A stretch of DNA of 64,000 bases, taken from assembly GCA_035084275.1 (NCBI GenBank), contig CM068749.1, forward strand, positions 16,120,001 through 16,184,000. Reading direction: 5' to 3'. The notes beneath the pieces are model-generated. The model saw nothing but the letters and a program-made list of their open reading frames with translations, did not search any database and was not told the DNA's origin. Below, in pieces: positions 12,434 to 27,185 of the stretch (the first letter of the stretch is position 1; each line of letters opens with the position of its first letter). The stretch is from Hydrolagus colliei (taxonomy: Eukaryota). Position numbers and translations under genes: made by a program.

Positions 12434-14064
12434 TGTCCTCTTATTCTACTGTCATGAATCATCCTATAGTAATGATCTAGGTTTGCTTTTTCAATCCTCT
12501 TTAAAAAAAATTATACGCCTCTACGAGGTTCTCTCTGAGTCATCTCAATACTATCAGAAACCACCAACTGCTCAGGCTGTCGAGAACGCTTGAATTTGGC
12601 TTCAAGTATCAGAAATTAGACCCAATGTGCCTGACCTAGATGACCCCAGTTCATTGAAGGGGTAAAACATTAAACATGTTTTGCCTCGTAATTACTTTGA
12701 TTTTATTTCCTATCATCTCCATGGAGTTTCTGTGTGCATGGGCACTAAACAATTTCTAAAAAATATATTAAGACATCCAGTTGTTCAGGCGATAAGAGGA
12801 CATTGTATTAAACCATTTAAGCAGCCTTATTTCTTTTATTAAGTGTTCTCTGACAGTTCATTTGTGTCCAGAATTTTGAAAAAAAACATGAATTGTTCAG
12901 CCAGCCGAGAGTATTAAACATGCAGGAAATTATTTTTAGAATTTTTAAATTAAAAGAATTTAGGACTATTGGAAACCATAACTTAATGTAGACTGGATCT
13001 CTGACCTCCTCAGATATCAGCGGAGTTATCTTCATTCAGTTATTGATTTAAACCCAATACCTAACAACATGAAATCTCAAAACACAAAGGTGATTGCCAA
13101 GCAATGAGCTTGCTATAGTCCCTGTATCCTCAGTCTAACTCTGACTCAATTACATCACTGCTCATCAGTGAAGCTGACCTTGCACTTTCATCTTCTCGTA
13201 GCAGAAAAAAATAGCAGCAATAATGATTAAAAAGATGTTAAAATTGAGACTGACCTTCAAATCCTTTACCCCGATCTGATTTGGCACAAACTGCAAAGAT
13301 TCACATCAGTGGATTTTCTTGTAGATTGGTCAGGAATTTTTAAATGATAGGGAAACATCAATATTGCTTGTTTGACTGTAGATTAGAGAGAGTAACATTG
13401 AACATTTATTTTGTGTATGCCTGAAGAAATGGGTGTCTGAAAAGGATGGAGGTTACACTTGTTAGAAGTGCTTATCATAGCCTTCAAAGGAGTTCTTGCA
13501 AAACATCCAATTGAAACAATGGGATGAAAAATATGACATTTTATCACACATTAAATGTGATCAATTTATTTAAGCCTACCATCCTTCAAAATGGAAACTT
13601 ATTCAAGAATTGGACGCCACACTTTTTCTAATCCTTTGAAGCTCCTGTTTTGTCGATGAGGCAATATTTAATGTTTTTAATGAACACCAAGCCCACTGCT
13701 ATATATCTGTAGGTTCTTCAAGTTATACAATATAGAAGCTTCCACCATAGCAGAGCATACAAACAACTGATACAATGAGGCATCCAGAAAGGACAGCCTA
13801 CCCTATTAACCTTTTAAATCAAAATTATAGAAATGTATTAATGAAACAGGAGCACTTGCTTAAAATTGATTGATCGATATTAAAGTTGTAAAATATATAT
13901 AATTTTTCAGGATTGGTCACAGGCAAAGTGACCTAAAGGGATAAATGTTCTTGGGGAAATTGGTTTGTTAAAGTTTTATAGCAGCATGTTTAACATATGC
14001 ACACTTATTGGTTTTGATCACTCTGTTCTATTGTGTACATTACTCCTTCACAATACAAAATTTG

Positions 14065-14662
14065 ATTTGTAAAGTGCATTTTACATTGGGAGGATATCCC
14101 AAGGCACTGAACAGTCAGGGAATAGCTCTGCTAGGGGAGACTTGGGATGGAGTTCCAAAGGATGGGGGCAGAGAGGCTGAAGGCCCGACCACCAATGGGG
14201 ACTTAGAGCAGGCTGGAGCCTGCTGAATGGGGGGAGAGACGGGTAGATAAGGGATTAGCAGATAGAAGTGGGCAAAGCTATGGAGGGCCTTGAAGGTGAG
14301 ATGAGAATTTTAAACTCGATTCTCTGAGGGATGGGGAGCTAGTGGAGCTGGGCGAGGGTGGGGGTGATGGGGTCAAGGAGCCTGGTGAGGGAGAGCAGAT
14401 GAGCTGCAGAGTTCTGGATGATCTGCTTGTGGAGGGAAGAATTGGGAGGGCCAACAAGCAGGGCGTTGAGGCTGGCATATTTGAGGCTGGTTGTAATGAA
14501 GACACGCATGAGGGTTTTGGAGGCCTGAGAGGTGAGGCAGTGGTGAGTTGAGGGGTGAGCCGAACAGTGTTACAGAGGTGGGAGAAGGCAGAGCAGTCAC
14601 AGCATGGTTGTGGGGGAGAAGCGACAGTTGAAAGTGGAACAAGACGCCTAGGTTGCTGACTG
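14065..14662 (-). mobile_element. Degenerate L2 LINE 3' fragment
   Basis: G-rich block. ggagggccttgaaggtgagatgagaattttaaactcgattc and gagctgcagagttctggatga are reverse-complement matches to the copy at 27186-28135. Tail remnant ttacattgggaggatatcccaaggcactg. Confidence 0.85.
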
Positions 14663-17600
14663 AATGTTTTTTTTATTCACTACCAGCTCTGAGACCACTG
14701 CAACTAAATTAATGTTCAGGGAATGTAATTAGTTGATGCATAACTCTTCTGTCAAGGGATTGAAATCAACGAAAATTTCAGTGAGCAATTTGATAAATCA
14801 ATGTAACAATGGCCTGACTATTTTGATGGTGAATATGTGAATAACCAAATTGGAAGATTGGTTATGTGAACAGATGGAACAAAAAGAGGCGTGTTGTTGA
14901 TTACTGCAAGCATGCAAACTCCACAGCAGTTATTGCAAGACTTATATCTTGCTATTGGTGTTATTGATTGGAAATGTACGGGGTGCTAACTCCTCCACTG
15001 GCCACTTGTGATCATGCTGAGGTTCGATGTGACACAAATTGGTTTTGTGTTACCTTTGAACAGCGAGTTTCTTTTTAATTACCATTATTTTTAGAGACAC
15101 TCTGGACTAACCTTTTCCAGACCAGTTTGATCAGGTCCGCAATTTCTTCATTGCCATCTGCCCTCCCCTTCGATTGTGTCACATGTCAGTGCAATGAACT
15201 TTTATAAATGTGGGAATTAGTGTGGGTGTTTGAAACTCTAGAATAGGGCTTGAGAGGGTTACAGTACTTCAACAACGGAGAGAGCATAAGTGCTGATACA
15301 CCCACAGGATACCCTTGCACAAGTATTGTTCCTGCATTAATGCCAGTCGATTACGAATCCTTTGATAATTTTGCTAAAAAAAAATCCTTTTGAATTGCTT
15401 TATGTGTGCTTAATTTATAGAATGTCACTCAGGTTAAGAATTGTATTGAATGAGGATAAATTATAAGGCAGTGATTCAAACAAAAAAAAACTCACTTTTA
15501 TCAGCTCAGGGTTGCAAGTTGTTCAAATTCAAACACAGTTTTGTGCCAGTGAACAATTTAATGAAGAATAGAAAGAGTTGATTGCACCGAGCCAGCCCGA
15601 GATTTCTGAGATCCTGTCAAACTTTGAACACTGCAAGTAATAATGCTCCACTGACTACATTTGAAGATCACTGAGAAAGTTGAATACTTTTTTTTCGTGG
15701 TGTTTTAATAGAAAATGGTTTGTATGCTAATCAAGCTTATTGTAATTCATGTATCAAAGCACTTGGTAATGGTGAGCTATTTACAAACTAAATCAAACAT
15801 TCCTTGCTGTTTCGATATTGTTAAATGAACTGAAGGTTTTCTGTATTCTGCTGTTGATAAAATAGCTCAAGGGGAAAGATGTTCGGATTAAGGGGTGGAA
15901 TTATTAGCATGTGTTTTACATTCGTTTTCTGCTCTAATGAAGTTACAGCTAATTCTCAATCAAAAGTTTGGTTGATATGGTGGAAATTTTAAATCGACTT
16001 TTCATGCCTATTTTGCCTCACTGTGCTGTGCTTCCAGGAGCTGCAGGCTATCAGGGAATAGGATTCAGTGGAACAAAACTAAGTCTCTGGAATAATGAGA
16101 CCGAAACCTTTGAGATCGTAATTTGCAGTCGGTGTTCACTAAATGGGTTTGAGTTAATTCTAAATTAACGTGACGTTTTAAAATGTTCTCATTTGAAGCT
16201 TTTGCCTCTTTCAAACTCTCACACCAGCAGACAAGCAATTTATTTCTTGGCCTGCCTGCAGGGAAAGCTCTGATATGGAATTAGAGAAATGGGGCATTAC
16301 CTCACCGGCAGGAGTTGGGATTGCTCTGAAAAATTCTGCTGTGGTATAGTATGGGTTAAAACCATAAAATTCCCCAGCAACTTGGTAGATAATGCAAGGT
16401 GCTTTTGTGCAGGGCTCGTGCCTATAGATTGCATGTGCACTGTCTGAACTTTCACTGCTGATTCTTCTCCAGAGTGAAGGCATGTAAAATGCCACTCACT
16501 CCTTAGCCAGCTGCCAGGAGTAATGCAAGAGGGTCCTTGTGAACTCTGCTACTTGTTTTGTTTTTCCACACTTTTGGGATGTGCCTGACCTGTGCCTCTG
16601 TGCTTTTTCACTGATGGTATCGTGGAGATCAAGAGCACACAGTGTGGGGAACCACAAACATGAAAACCTGCAAAAATAATTGGGTGCCATCTCGTCATCT
16701 TTAGGCTTTAGCCAATGTTAACCATCAAGGATTTCAGTTTGCCCATAAACTGAAACTATAATTAATGAAGTTGTACACTGCATCTCAAATAATAGTTTTT
16801 AACATAAAATATTTGCACAAAAGCATTTCTTTGTGATTTAGAATGTGCAAACAGCAATGTAGATCTCATCAAGAGTACCTCATAGTTGTTTTACACACTG
16901 GTATCTCATCTTCTGCTGGAGACTGCAGCTTCTCTGCTGACTGTATCAGATGTTCTGGTCTGACTGAGAAAGACATGCTTTGCAACAGCAATATTTGACA
17001 TAATGAGCTCCTACTCACAGCTATACCCTTGAAGTGTTTTTCATTTCTATGGATTGTAGAGCTTTTCTACATCTAACTGCAATATGATATACCCTACATC
17101 AAATGCAAGGATTGTTATTATTGTAATTCACAAATGGATGCCTGAAATGTATATTTCTGTGTGATGGGATATCTAATATTGTTTCACGGTTGCTTTGGAT
17201 CTGTCCTCAGATGGTTACTTTCCACTCTAAGAGTCTTGTTTTCACTTTTAAATTTAGATAAAATTGTGAATGTGCATATATTCATAAGATACATATCAAA
17301 TAAAGTGGCACTGTTTTCATTTGTACCATAATAGTATACAGTTGAAGGATCGAATTATTTCCAAGACTAAACACATTTATAACTGCTCATTTATAATCAC
17401 ACTTGCATGAATCTACATTAATTACCCTGAAATGCTTCCGCACTTGCGTTCTTACTCCAACTGTAGTTTATCTAAATTGTTTGTTAAAAGTAGCCCACCC
17501 CATCCTTCAGTCAAAGCGATAGGGCATAATGTTGTGGCATTGTCTGGCCATCTGTTTGTTCATGAATTTGACACCTCAGTAATTTTTTAAATGCTTCATC

Positions 17601-20600
17601 AGACTTTAATCAGACTCCAGGATTGTCCTTCCTTGATTAGGCATACACCTGCTCAAAACCATACACATCTGTAAAAAGTAATACATCACCCCAGTGACTT
17701 GATACCTAGTTTGGGATTGTTACCAAAGTAAAGCTAGCGGTACTACGTGTGTGTGTTGGACCAAGGTGTCTGAAGCCTCTGTAATAATCCTTGCATAGTT
17801 GATGCATCTGTATAGTTAATAGATTTGGCGATTTCAACTTATCAAAGTGGCATATCATTGGAAAAGCTTCTCTCATTAGGCTCTTTTCATTCCTTGCACG
17901 AGAAGCCAGAGATCTGTCATTACACAGAAAATTAACAAGTAAATACAAGAAATCGGCGAGCACGAAATATAATACTGCACTTCATTGAAGCTCTGCACTG
18001 GTTCTGAAATATAAACAGGTGGTGAGTTCAAAATATGTTACTAAACTAATTGGCACCTTTTTGCTTTATTGTTGCAATAACAACAATGATAAATTCAGCT
18101 AGGCTTTTCTAATCAGACTTGACATTCAGCAAGTTGCAACCATTAGCTGCAAACATTGAAGGGATTGTTAAACACCCGTGACCTTGGTAAGTCCGACTTC
18201 TTGGCAATTAAAAATATCTTTTGTTTCAGCCAGATCAATACAGACCCTGCACAATGATAGCAAGAGGGCTGTAAACCCAAAAGACTTTTAGATTTTATGC
18301 AAACCAACGAGTGGTTTCCTTTCATTAACGCTTGAAATATAACCTCAAGGAAGTATTTCATTTGGGCAGGTTTGCTGAAGTTGTGGTGTATCAAAAACAA
18401 CAGCCGGAGGTTTAGCATAGATTGGGGGGGAAAAGGTCACGAATTAAATAGGAAAATAAGCGTTAACCACCAAACATATTTATTAACAAAAAGAATTGAT
18501 TTCAAACCTTTGCGTATTTGAATTATGACTCATTCGCGACTGATTTCCACAAGCTTCACTGGGGAATTGTGAACCTTGCTTACGCTATGAGTGTGCCTTG
18601 CATTTCTTTTTCTATGCATAGCACTTATATCAGTGACAGAACACTGTGTTCAGTGCTCTCCAAAGAGTCCTTACTTTTCACCGCTTCGCAGCACAATGCT
18701 TTGCACTTATAGGCTTACATATGGTGCTGTTAGGTATTTTAAGCACTTCCGACTGCATTTAATAGGTCACAGAGAACTTGTTCAATGAAAAACCGCAGCT
18801 CATTGACATGACCATGTTAGATAAAACCTTCAAGGGTAAGCAATACTGAGAATTGGCAATGTTTCATTGCAATAGTAGAAGATAGTCTTCTGTGTTTTCT
18901 ATTAAATAATCTAAATTATGAACTCCTTTTACATTTGCTCTTCAATAATTTAGACACATTTCATGTGTTGTTACAAGAGAGTGGGTACAGTTTTATTATT
19001 TTGACATTTTGTATGAATTACGAATGTCAACACATCTATAAAGTGTAAGTGTAGATATCCGATGCTTCAATTCGAAAATGCAGCTGTATACTTTCTTGAT
19101 AATTGATAGAGATTTCAAGAAAACATAGATCACAGAATTATAATAAAATGTTACAAGCATTAAGGAGTATGTGTGTAAAACACTATTTTAACTGTTTATT
19201 TATTATTCATTCGTCGACTCCCTTTTCTGTTTGGCTCTTGCTTTTCACCCTCTACTGCCGTTATATTCCACTGTGCTAAGCACAGTACCTAAAATGAATT
19301 AATTGAATTATATCTGACAAGACTGTTAGAAAGAGGCATACAATTGTTGTCGCCTTTTCATCTCTACAACTACATTCATCAATGAGTTGATTGGTGAAAA
19401 TATCTTCTATTATGTCGAGGGATGCAAACAGTTAGCAGCCAGGCAAATTTGATTTTAAATAACTTTGACAAACAGTCTGGAGAAGCCGTGCAGTCTTGGT
19501 GTCTGGGACAGCGGGAGCAGAATACCTCAGAAAGATTCACTGCTGTAGGTGACACTCGAGGAACATGGCCTGCAGTGTGGGAAGCACAGAGATTTACAAC
19601 CATGGATTCAGCCTTGCATTGCGCCAACAATATCTGTTTTCTTATCAGCAGTGTCCCGAAACCCGTGGGCCAGCCCCCGCTCATGAAATGAGCGGGGATT
19701 TGCATAAAATGGAATGTAATACTCTGTAGCAATAAGGCAAATTTGTAATTGCACTAGCATGTGAGCTCTGTGAATCTGTAAGCTATTTCATAAGAGGATT
19801 ACACAATAAATATTTTGGCTGTGATTAAAAGATTATGCAGTAGTTCGGAGGAGCAAACCAGTGAATCCACTGCATCCTTCCTTTCACTGGCCCTCTTGAC
19901 TGTTGATTTGAATAATCACTCACCACCCGTTGTGAAGTGCAAGGAGAAACTTCATTGTTTCAGTGAGCTTGAAACCAGATTCTGTCTTGATTTTCAAAAG
20001 GTTTATATGTGATTACTAGAACCAATAGAATATGAATGCAAAAGAATCCTTACAATGGGTTGCAGAATGCCTCATTTGCAAAGCAAGTATGTTAGACCTA
20101 GAAGAAATTCATTGGCAATTATAATAACTTTGGGGCTCTCAAAATTGGACAAACTTGTGTTTGTATGTAGCCATTCACACCATTCCCTGAAGTGCTTAAT
20201 TGAGTCCAAAACATTCTGTTGGTTTCTGATTTAGCATTTTTATGTTTGCAAAATACTGAAGAGCTTATATATTTTTTTAAATTCCTATTGAAATTATTGT
20301 ATCTTCCAGCTGTGGTATGACAGGACTGCTATACTGTATCATTCTGGAGTACCCAGTTCATTTTAAAATGGCAATATGGAAGATCTCAGGAGACATGTCT
20401 TGATATTGGAGCCACAGACATAAGCCAAATACATGACACTTTTGGAATTATTTAAGGACTATCATACACACAGTTTCAGTTGACGGAAATCATAACTAAA
20501 TAAGTGAATTCCCCCATGTAGGTGTATAAAACTAATTTATTCATTTTCCTGCAAAACTCAGCTCAGATAGTAGGCTTTTCCTGTTTTCTGAACTCTAATC

Positions 20601-22827
20601 CTCTTTGTGGGTAATTAAATAACCGAAGAGCCATTTGTAGAAACAAAAAAGGCACAAGGGCAAAAATATTCTCTGCTGGATGATCTTTCAGGTGCAAATA
20701 ATTATAGTAGGAATGAGATTTGGGACAGCTATGGCAGGTTCTGAAAATAATTAGGAAAAAGCAGAGAAGGCAAATCAAAGCTGTTTGGATCTCTGCAGCC
20801 AAACCTGTGGCAGTTTGAACATGCTTCATATCGAGAAAGAAATGAGGTATTTATACAAGGTCCATTGTTCCATCTAAAGGGGGCACTGATCAAGTGAATG
20901 AACAAAGCACAATTGTTGGAAAGGATTTAGCCGAAAACTCGTTGGGTGAAGTGATCAGTACTTTGCTTTCTTTACAAATGGTATCTTCAAAGGCAACTCC
21001 GTGATCAATTTCTACTTGAAATGGACTTTTATGAATCCTAATTAATTACTACTGATCTGCCGTGCATCCGTGATACGTTTAACTTCTGGTTGAAGGCAGA
21101 GCACTGAAGGGTGGCTATATCCTTTTATGTATCTCACAGCATTTAGATTTCTGTCACTGAATTGTTAATGTCTAAAGGATGTCTGGAACATTCAACAGCA
21201 GCAGATTCGGCTTTATGTCTTGCAACGTTTGTGGTCATTTGTTTGCTGAAGAATTGGGGGCTTTATTTACGGTAAAGACTCGCTCCCTCTCAAAGTTTTT
21301 TTTTCCTCCCAATCAGACAAAACAATAATCAAACTCTTCCGACATTCCTTTAGACAAAAGAAAAGAAAAAGGTAGGATTTGCGGGGTGAGGTTAACAGGT
21401 GTCAACGAGAGCCTATCTTTCTCTGTTCCCCCTCTTAAATGCCTCTGTGCATTTTCATATTTCCCAATCGACAGTGTTTTCTTTTTGCCTTTGCTTTGGT
21501 AAAGAGGTGGCCCCCAATCAATAGAATATTAATATTATCATTATTATCAGAATATTATAATCCTTCTACTTACAGCCTCATCTCTTCAGTGCTGAATGTT
21601 CCCGAGAGCACAGGTTTTCAGAATCATTCTGTGCTTTACTTCAACATAGTGCACCCACGTCAAGCAAAGGCTGATGCACCTATTGTGTGAAAGACCCTTT
21701 GAAAACATAGAAATAGGCTTGCAACCAGACTCTGGAGCAAAATGAAGATAAGTACTTTGTACTCTTGTTCATTCTGTGTTTCACAACTACTTTTCAAAGC
21801 TGTCTTCAACCAAATGTAGCATTTCATATGTCTTTCATATTTTTAGGTCCTTTTTGAAATATTTGGACACAATGTTTCTACAAGCACAACTCAGATTTAG
21901 TCATGGTAGAAAATGTTTTCTGATGCCTTAAATGAAGTTGCAATTACCTGAGTGAATCTCTGCCATGGCATCAGAGGCAATCTTGCTAAGTAACTGCTGC
22001 TCCACAGGGAGGGGAAACCGGTGGGCATGTTATTTCAAGATGATAGTAACAAGAGCCTGAGGCAGCTTGCCTACCCTCTCGTCCAGGTGGGGATATAGTG
22101 AAGGATAACTTTTAAGCTAAACCCTAAAAACCCACCTGTAAATACATAGTTGCTACACTTTTAAAAGTAGTAAAATCCTATCAAGTTGTTTGAGGCATTT
22201 TGAAGAATGTAATGAAGCGCTATGTCAGATGCAAGGGTTATAAGAAAGGAGAGAAACACAATAGATTGGTTAAGAAGGTCACTAAATTTGGAAATTCTTA
22301 GTTAAATTCACATTCCGGTACTTATTGCCAAAAATATTTGGAAACTATTTAGTTCCCGTGTTCTATCATTTTTAGGCTGGACATATGGAGCTGATCGGGT
22401 AACACTAGTTCAGTGAGGTCATTGCATTACAAAGAACAATTGGCTTCCAGTTTGAAAACTGATCCTCTGAAGATCGCTTTTGAATGTGGCAAATTACTCA
22501 TCGTTCTGTGATCTGTTCATTAATACAGGCAAGCATTCTGGATAGTTATTATTTTCATTTTATTTTAGATCTGCGTCAATAGGAGATTATACGAGTCGGT
22601 TTACAGTGTTCATGTTTCATGTTTTACCTTAAAAACTGTACAGAAGTCAAGCTGAATGAAATACTTTGCTACACTTAACCATATCCTCCTGGGAGAAGAG
22701 TAATAAGTGCGGTTGAGCTGGCTCTAAAGATATGTCTTGACAAAAGCTGGCCAGTTCCACAGTAAACCAAGGCATTGTCATAGTTGACCAGCCTGTCTGC
22801 CTCATTGTTGAGATATGGAGGAATAGA

Positions 22828-22930
22828 TTTATCCTGAACTCTGCAAACTTTATCCCCATTGGGTAGGACAGCCAGAGCTTTATCCATGTTTGGGAGAACA
22901 CCCCAAGCTTTATCCTGGTTGAGTAAAGGC
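22828..22930. repeat. Degenerate 30-bp tandem repeat
   Basis: ctttatcc at 22848, 22878 and 22908 (exact 30-nt period), with tttatcc at 22828. Confidence 0.6.
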
Positions 22931-25900
22931 AACCAAGTTAGATTGGCAGAGTGAATGTACTCCATCTGAGATTTTATTTTAATCCCATGAATTTATGATC
23001 AAAATATACACTGGAACATTGCGGAACCGTTGCAACATCTTCCTTTAGAAAATGCGATCAAACACATTAATACAGAATAACATTTGATAGTCTTAAACAC
23101 ACAAAGCCCAAACAGAGTATTCTCCAACAAAAAGGGGCATTTTCCAGCAATTTATGTTTCCTGTTCAGCCCAGTGGGACAAACCACAGCTGCTTTCAGAC
23201 CAATTGAAAGCAGATGTTGAACAAACAAGTTTTAGAATTAAAAGTTACTTTGGACCTCAATTCTTATTAATGCTAAAAACTTTTTAAGTTTTGAGGACAC
23301 CCGTAAATCTTTATCCTCAATAAGACGAAAGGGTTATTGTCCACTGTCATCACATAACATTGTTAAGTTTTGATCAAATCTTCTGAAGCTTGTACTTTAA
23401 TAAATAGATGGCTGAAATGCTTTTTTAGTCATTTTTATTCATCATTCACCCCATGGAGTAGAATTAAAAATACAACTCTCTGCCAAGTCTCCTTAAAGCC
23501 CTGTACCCTTATTATAATTACCCACTCATGCACATTCTGATTCTTGTGAACGTTGAAAGCCAAAGGCAACAATATAGTAGTGAAAGAAAGTGTAGCAAAC
23601 TTTCTAAGTGATACAGTAAGGCTTCACATAATGCCAGATAATTTAGTGCAGCATACACCAACAATCTTTTCTGCTCATTACACTCAACTGTTTCAGCTTT
23701 TTCTTCTGGAATTAGTTTAGTTTGGCAGAGTACAATGTGTGTTCTGAAGCAGCACTTCAAAGTGGACTTGTTTTGAGATAAATAAGTTTTTGTCTTGGGT
23801 AAATTTGCTGAACAATATTAATGTGGGGCTTTGTTCATTTCCGTTGTTGTCTTAGTCGGGCTGTGATTGACTGTGATTTTATTCAGTTTCTGTTAATCGC
23901 AGGGTGCCCTTCACTGGTAATGCATCAAATACAGCTAAATTTATGTAAATTCCTTCAGGTAGTGTTGAAATTATATTGGAAGGTATAAAGCTACTCTGCT
24001 TCATTTTTTCGTGCCGGATGCAAACTGCTTGATATGTCACTTTTATAATAGAAATGAATCGCCTGTAATATTCATGCTTTTTCTAAATTAAAACCATGAA
24101 AATTGTATCGAGACAAAAACGAACCATGCCTGTGCATGGTCAGCAGTAATTAGATATGCTCCAGGCTATGTCAGTTCCTACCCCTTGCTTGTGTTCAACA
24201 TTTCAATTCTGTCCTGTTTTACATCATTCCACAACTGCTAAAAATGCAGGAAACTATTCATCAATCCTTCCCTTGCGTCTTGCTCCTTTTTTATGCAGAA
24301 GTCAAAAATATAGAGTCTTGATCCGTGTGGATGTGTAAACTGATAATTGACATTGCCTGACCTTCAGCATCTTCTCAAGTTTGCCTTGCTGCTGGAGGTA
24401 GAGCGTTTGTTTAGATTTTGCCTTGAAATTTATACCCGAAGAGTCAAAACTTGGTATTCTCTGCATCTGAAGTCTGACTAATAATGGACAGTGGTTGGGC
24501 GAGGAAGGAGCGTTGCGAGGTCACCAGAGATCCAAACAAGCATCTAGCATTTGAAATCCAGGATTGGTACATTGCACTGAATACAAGATCACAAAAGAGA
24601 TTTTTTTGAAGAAGGCAGACCTACAGTCTACCAGGAACTTAACTGCATATCCACCACGTTAGCTTGAAAAGGAAAAAATCTGCAAAGTCAACATGAAAAG
24701 CACCACTGAATAAAGATATGGTGTGATATAAAAGTCAAGGAAATTGATTTACATTTGACATGATTACCAACACTTGTTATGACTGGAACAGACTTACAAT
24801 GAGGAGATGGTGTTGTTCTGCACAAGCCGGATGCTATTTTGAAACAAGAATAGGGAATCCCCCAGTAATTCATCCAATTCTGTCTCAGTTTGGATCACCA
24901 TTTGAGAAATTGTTTGTGTACTGTGCCCTAGCTAACTTTCATGTAAAACTAACAATCAAGAGCTCATACAATTGTCGAATGGGAAACAGACTAGCCAACA
25001 TGTGGACTAGGAAGTGGGGAATCCAACAAACATCTTCTAAAGAAGATAGGATGTGATTTGGTTCAGTCAAATGACTTGGTGACACTCACTGTTGAGATAC
25101 CAAAACAGTTTAATGCCCTTTGGGATTGTGCCTGAGTTAGGTGAAGGTGAAGTAAAGGAACTAAAACCAGCAATCATGATGCCGTAATATTCCAGTAGAG
25201 AACTTTTGCTTGAATGTTTCAGTTGTCACACTACCGAAAGCAAAATGTATATATCAACTTCAACATTGAATTTGAATTCAGTGTATTTTGCTACATTTAT
25301 TATAGAAAAGCACATAAATATTGAGCAATGGGCCATCAGTCTTTCGTGATCCAAGTAGTTTGCATTTAATTGTGACACGTGTTTAAAAAGCAACAAACAT
25401 TGCTGATATAATTTAACGCAGTTGTAGGACATAACGAGTTAAACATGATTTTTATTACCATTCTAGCTTCTCATTTCAGGCATCAGATAAACTTGCGACA
25501 TTAATATTATCACTTCAACTACTTCAATATTATATATTGTGCAGATGATACAAAATCCAAATTTGAGAAGATATCTAGACTCTCCCCTTACGCTAAGCTC
25601 TCAAGGCTATCATAGTCTTTTTTGTCATGATATACGGAGCTTTTCATTTTAATTCCAGGATATTTGTTCAAGTCTGTAGGTTTTGCATTTTTAATCTTGC
25701 ATAGAACACTGCTGAATAATGGCCTCTGGCAAGAGATAATGAAATTTTCTTAATTTATATTTTCAACCAAAGCCTCCATTGGATCCGGCATCCCACAGCC
25801 TGAAGACATAGCTGTAGTGCAAGTTTCAAGGGAGCATTAGTATTAATGCAGTGCCAATGGTGACACAAAATGATAGGACAGTGAAGAAGTAATTTAAGGA

Positions 25901-27185
25901 GAAATTGGAATGTACTAAAGCTTTATTGTAATATATCTAATGATCTGTTGAAGAATCCCAATGGTTTTGGTGCAAAACAGAGAAACAAATGTTATCTACC
26001 CAAAGCAGAAGTCACTGCTAAATCAGCAGAACAAGACTATCGATTTTTAACACCGTGTGCTTATGGATTACACATGGAATCTCAGCTATACACTTCGTAC
26101 TTTGCAAATTACACTGATGAGTGTACAGCGATTACAGGGACTGAAACACGAAGATAGTATTTTCTCAGTGTACAAAAGCATTGAAAGACAGGTCAATATT
26201 GTATGTTTTTTTAAATTTATAGTTTTATATGTAGTACATTAAAACCAGATGCTTAAGCTTAAGGATGGTTTTACCTTCTAAAACGCTTATCAATGCAATT
26301 GGATTTTTAGATGAGGAGGAAAGCTACATCAAAGGAGGTCTGTTTAAAAATCTCTCAAAAGCATTAAAAGTTATTGGAGAAGGAACAAAGCACTGTTTAT
26401 TCAATTCCTTACTGACACTTTGTGAGAGTGCATTCAGAACATGTGTTTTATAGAATATTATTGCTGTGAATCTTACATACTTTGAGAAATGAAAAATACC
26501 TTGAGCAGATAACGGCTTAAAGCTCCAGCATGATTTTATACCAATTACAATTATAAGGTCAGACAACATCTTTTCCCCTGCTCTCTGCTTGTAGTGGGTT
26601 TGCAGTTAAAATAATTACACTCTGTGCTGTTTCTATTGCGTACTTACAATAATGTGCATCTATATGTTGAAGTTGCAGACATTATTAGCATCTGTTTTCT
26701 AAAGTGCCCTCTTTCAATTTGATTCATTCATCACTGAAAAATTCCATTTGAAGCATGTTTTCCCGTTCCTTATTCTGGACTGTTAATGCTTCACTTCCTT
26801 TACCACTCATTTCTTACAGTTCTGTCATTGCAGTGGAACAATGCATTCTGCTAACCTTTGTTATCATTACCCTTCCTTTGCTTCTTCCCTTTCTTGATTG
26901 CTCACATGTTCGTGTTTTATTCAGACATGCACACATTTTCTTTGCTGTTTTAAAAGTACACATTCTACTTTGTTTTTCCATTCATTTATACTTTGCTTTA
27001 TCGCTTTCTGAGTGTTGTTGGTACCTCCAGGCCTGTGAATTTTCTTCCCCGGTATGGCCAATTTTGCTGCTACCAGGATCAATGCTCTCCCAGAGCAAAG
27101 AATAAGACCCATTGGGTAGTTCAACACAGCAATATAAGGCAATATATTGTCAGAAGGATGTCTCAAATGTACTTCACATGATTAC

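Noticed and set aside
22828-22930. CRISPR-like repeat-spacer array
   Set aside because: The repeat is only 8 nt in three units, in a vertebrate intron with no cas genes.
23940-23965. Recursive splice site (tccttcag|gtagt) in the 29-kb intron
   Set aside because: Weak pyrimidine tract and donor. Such AG|GT motifs are frequent by chance.
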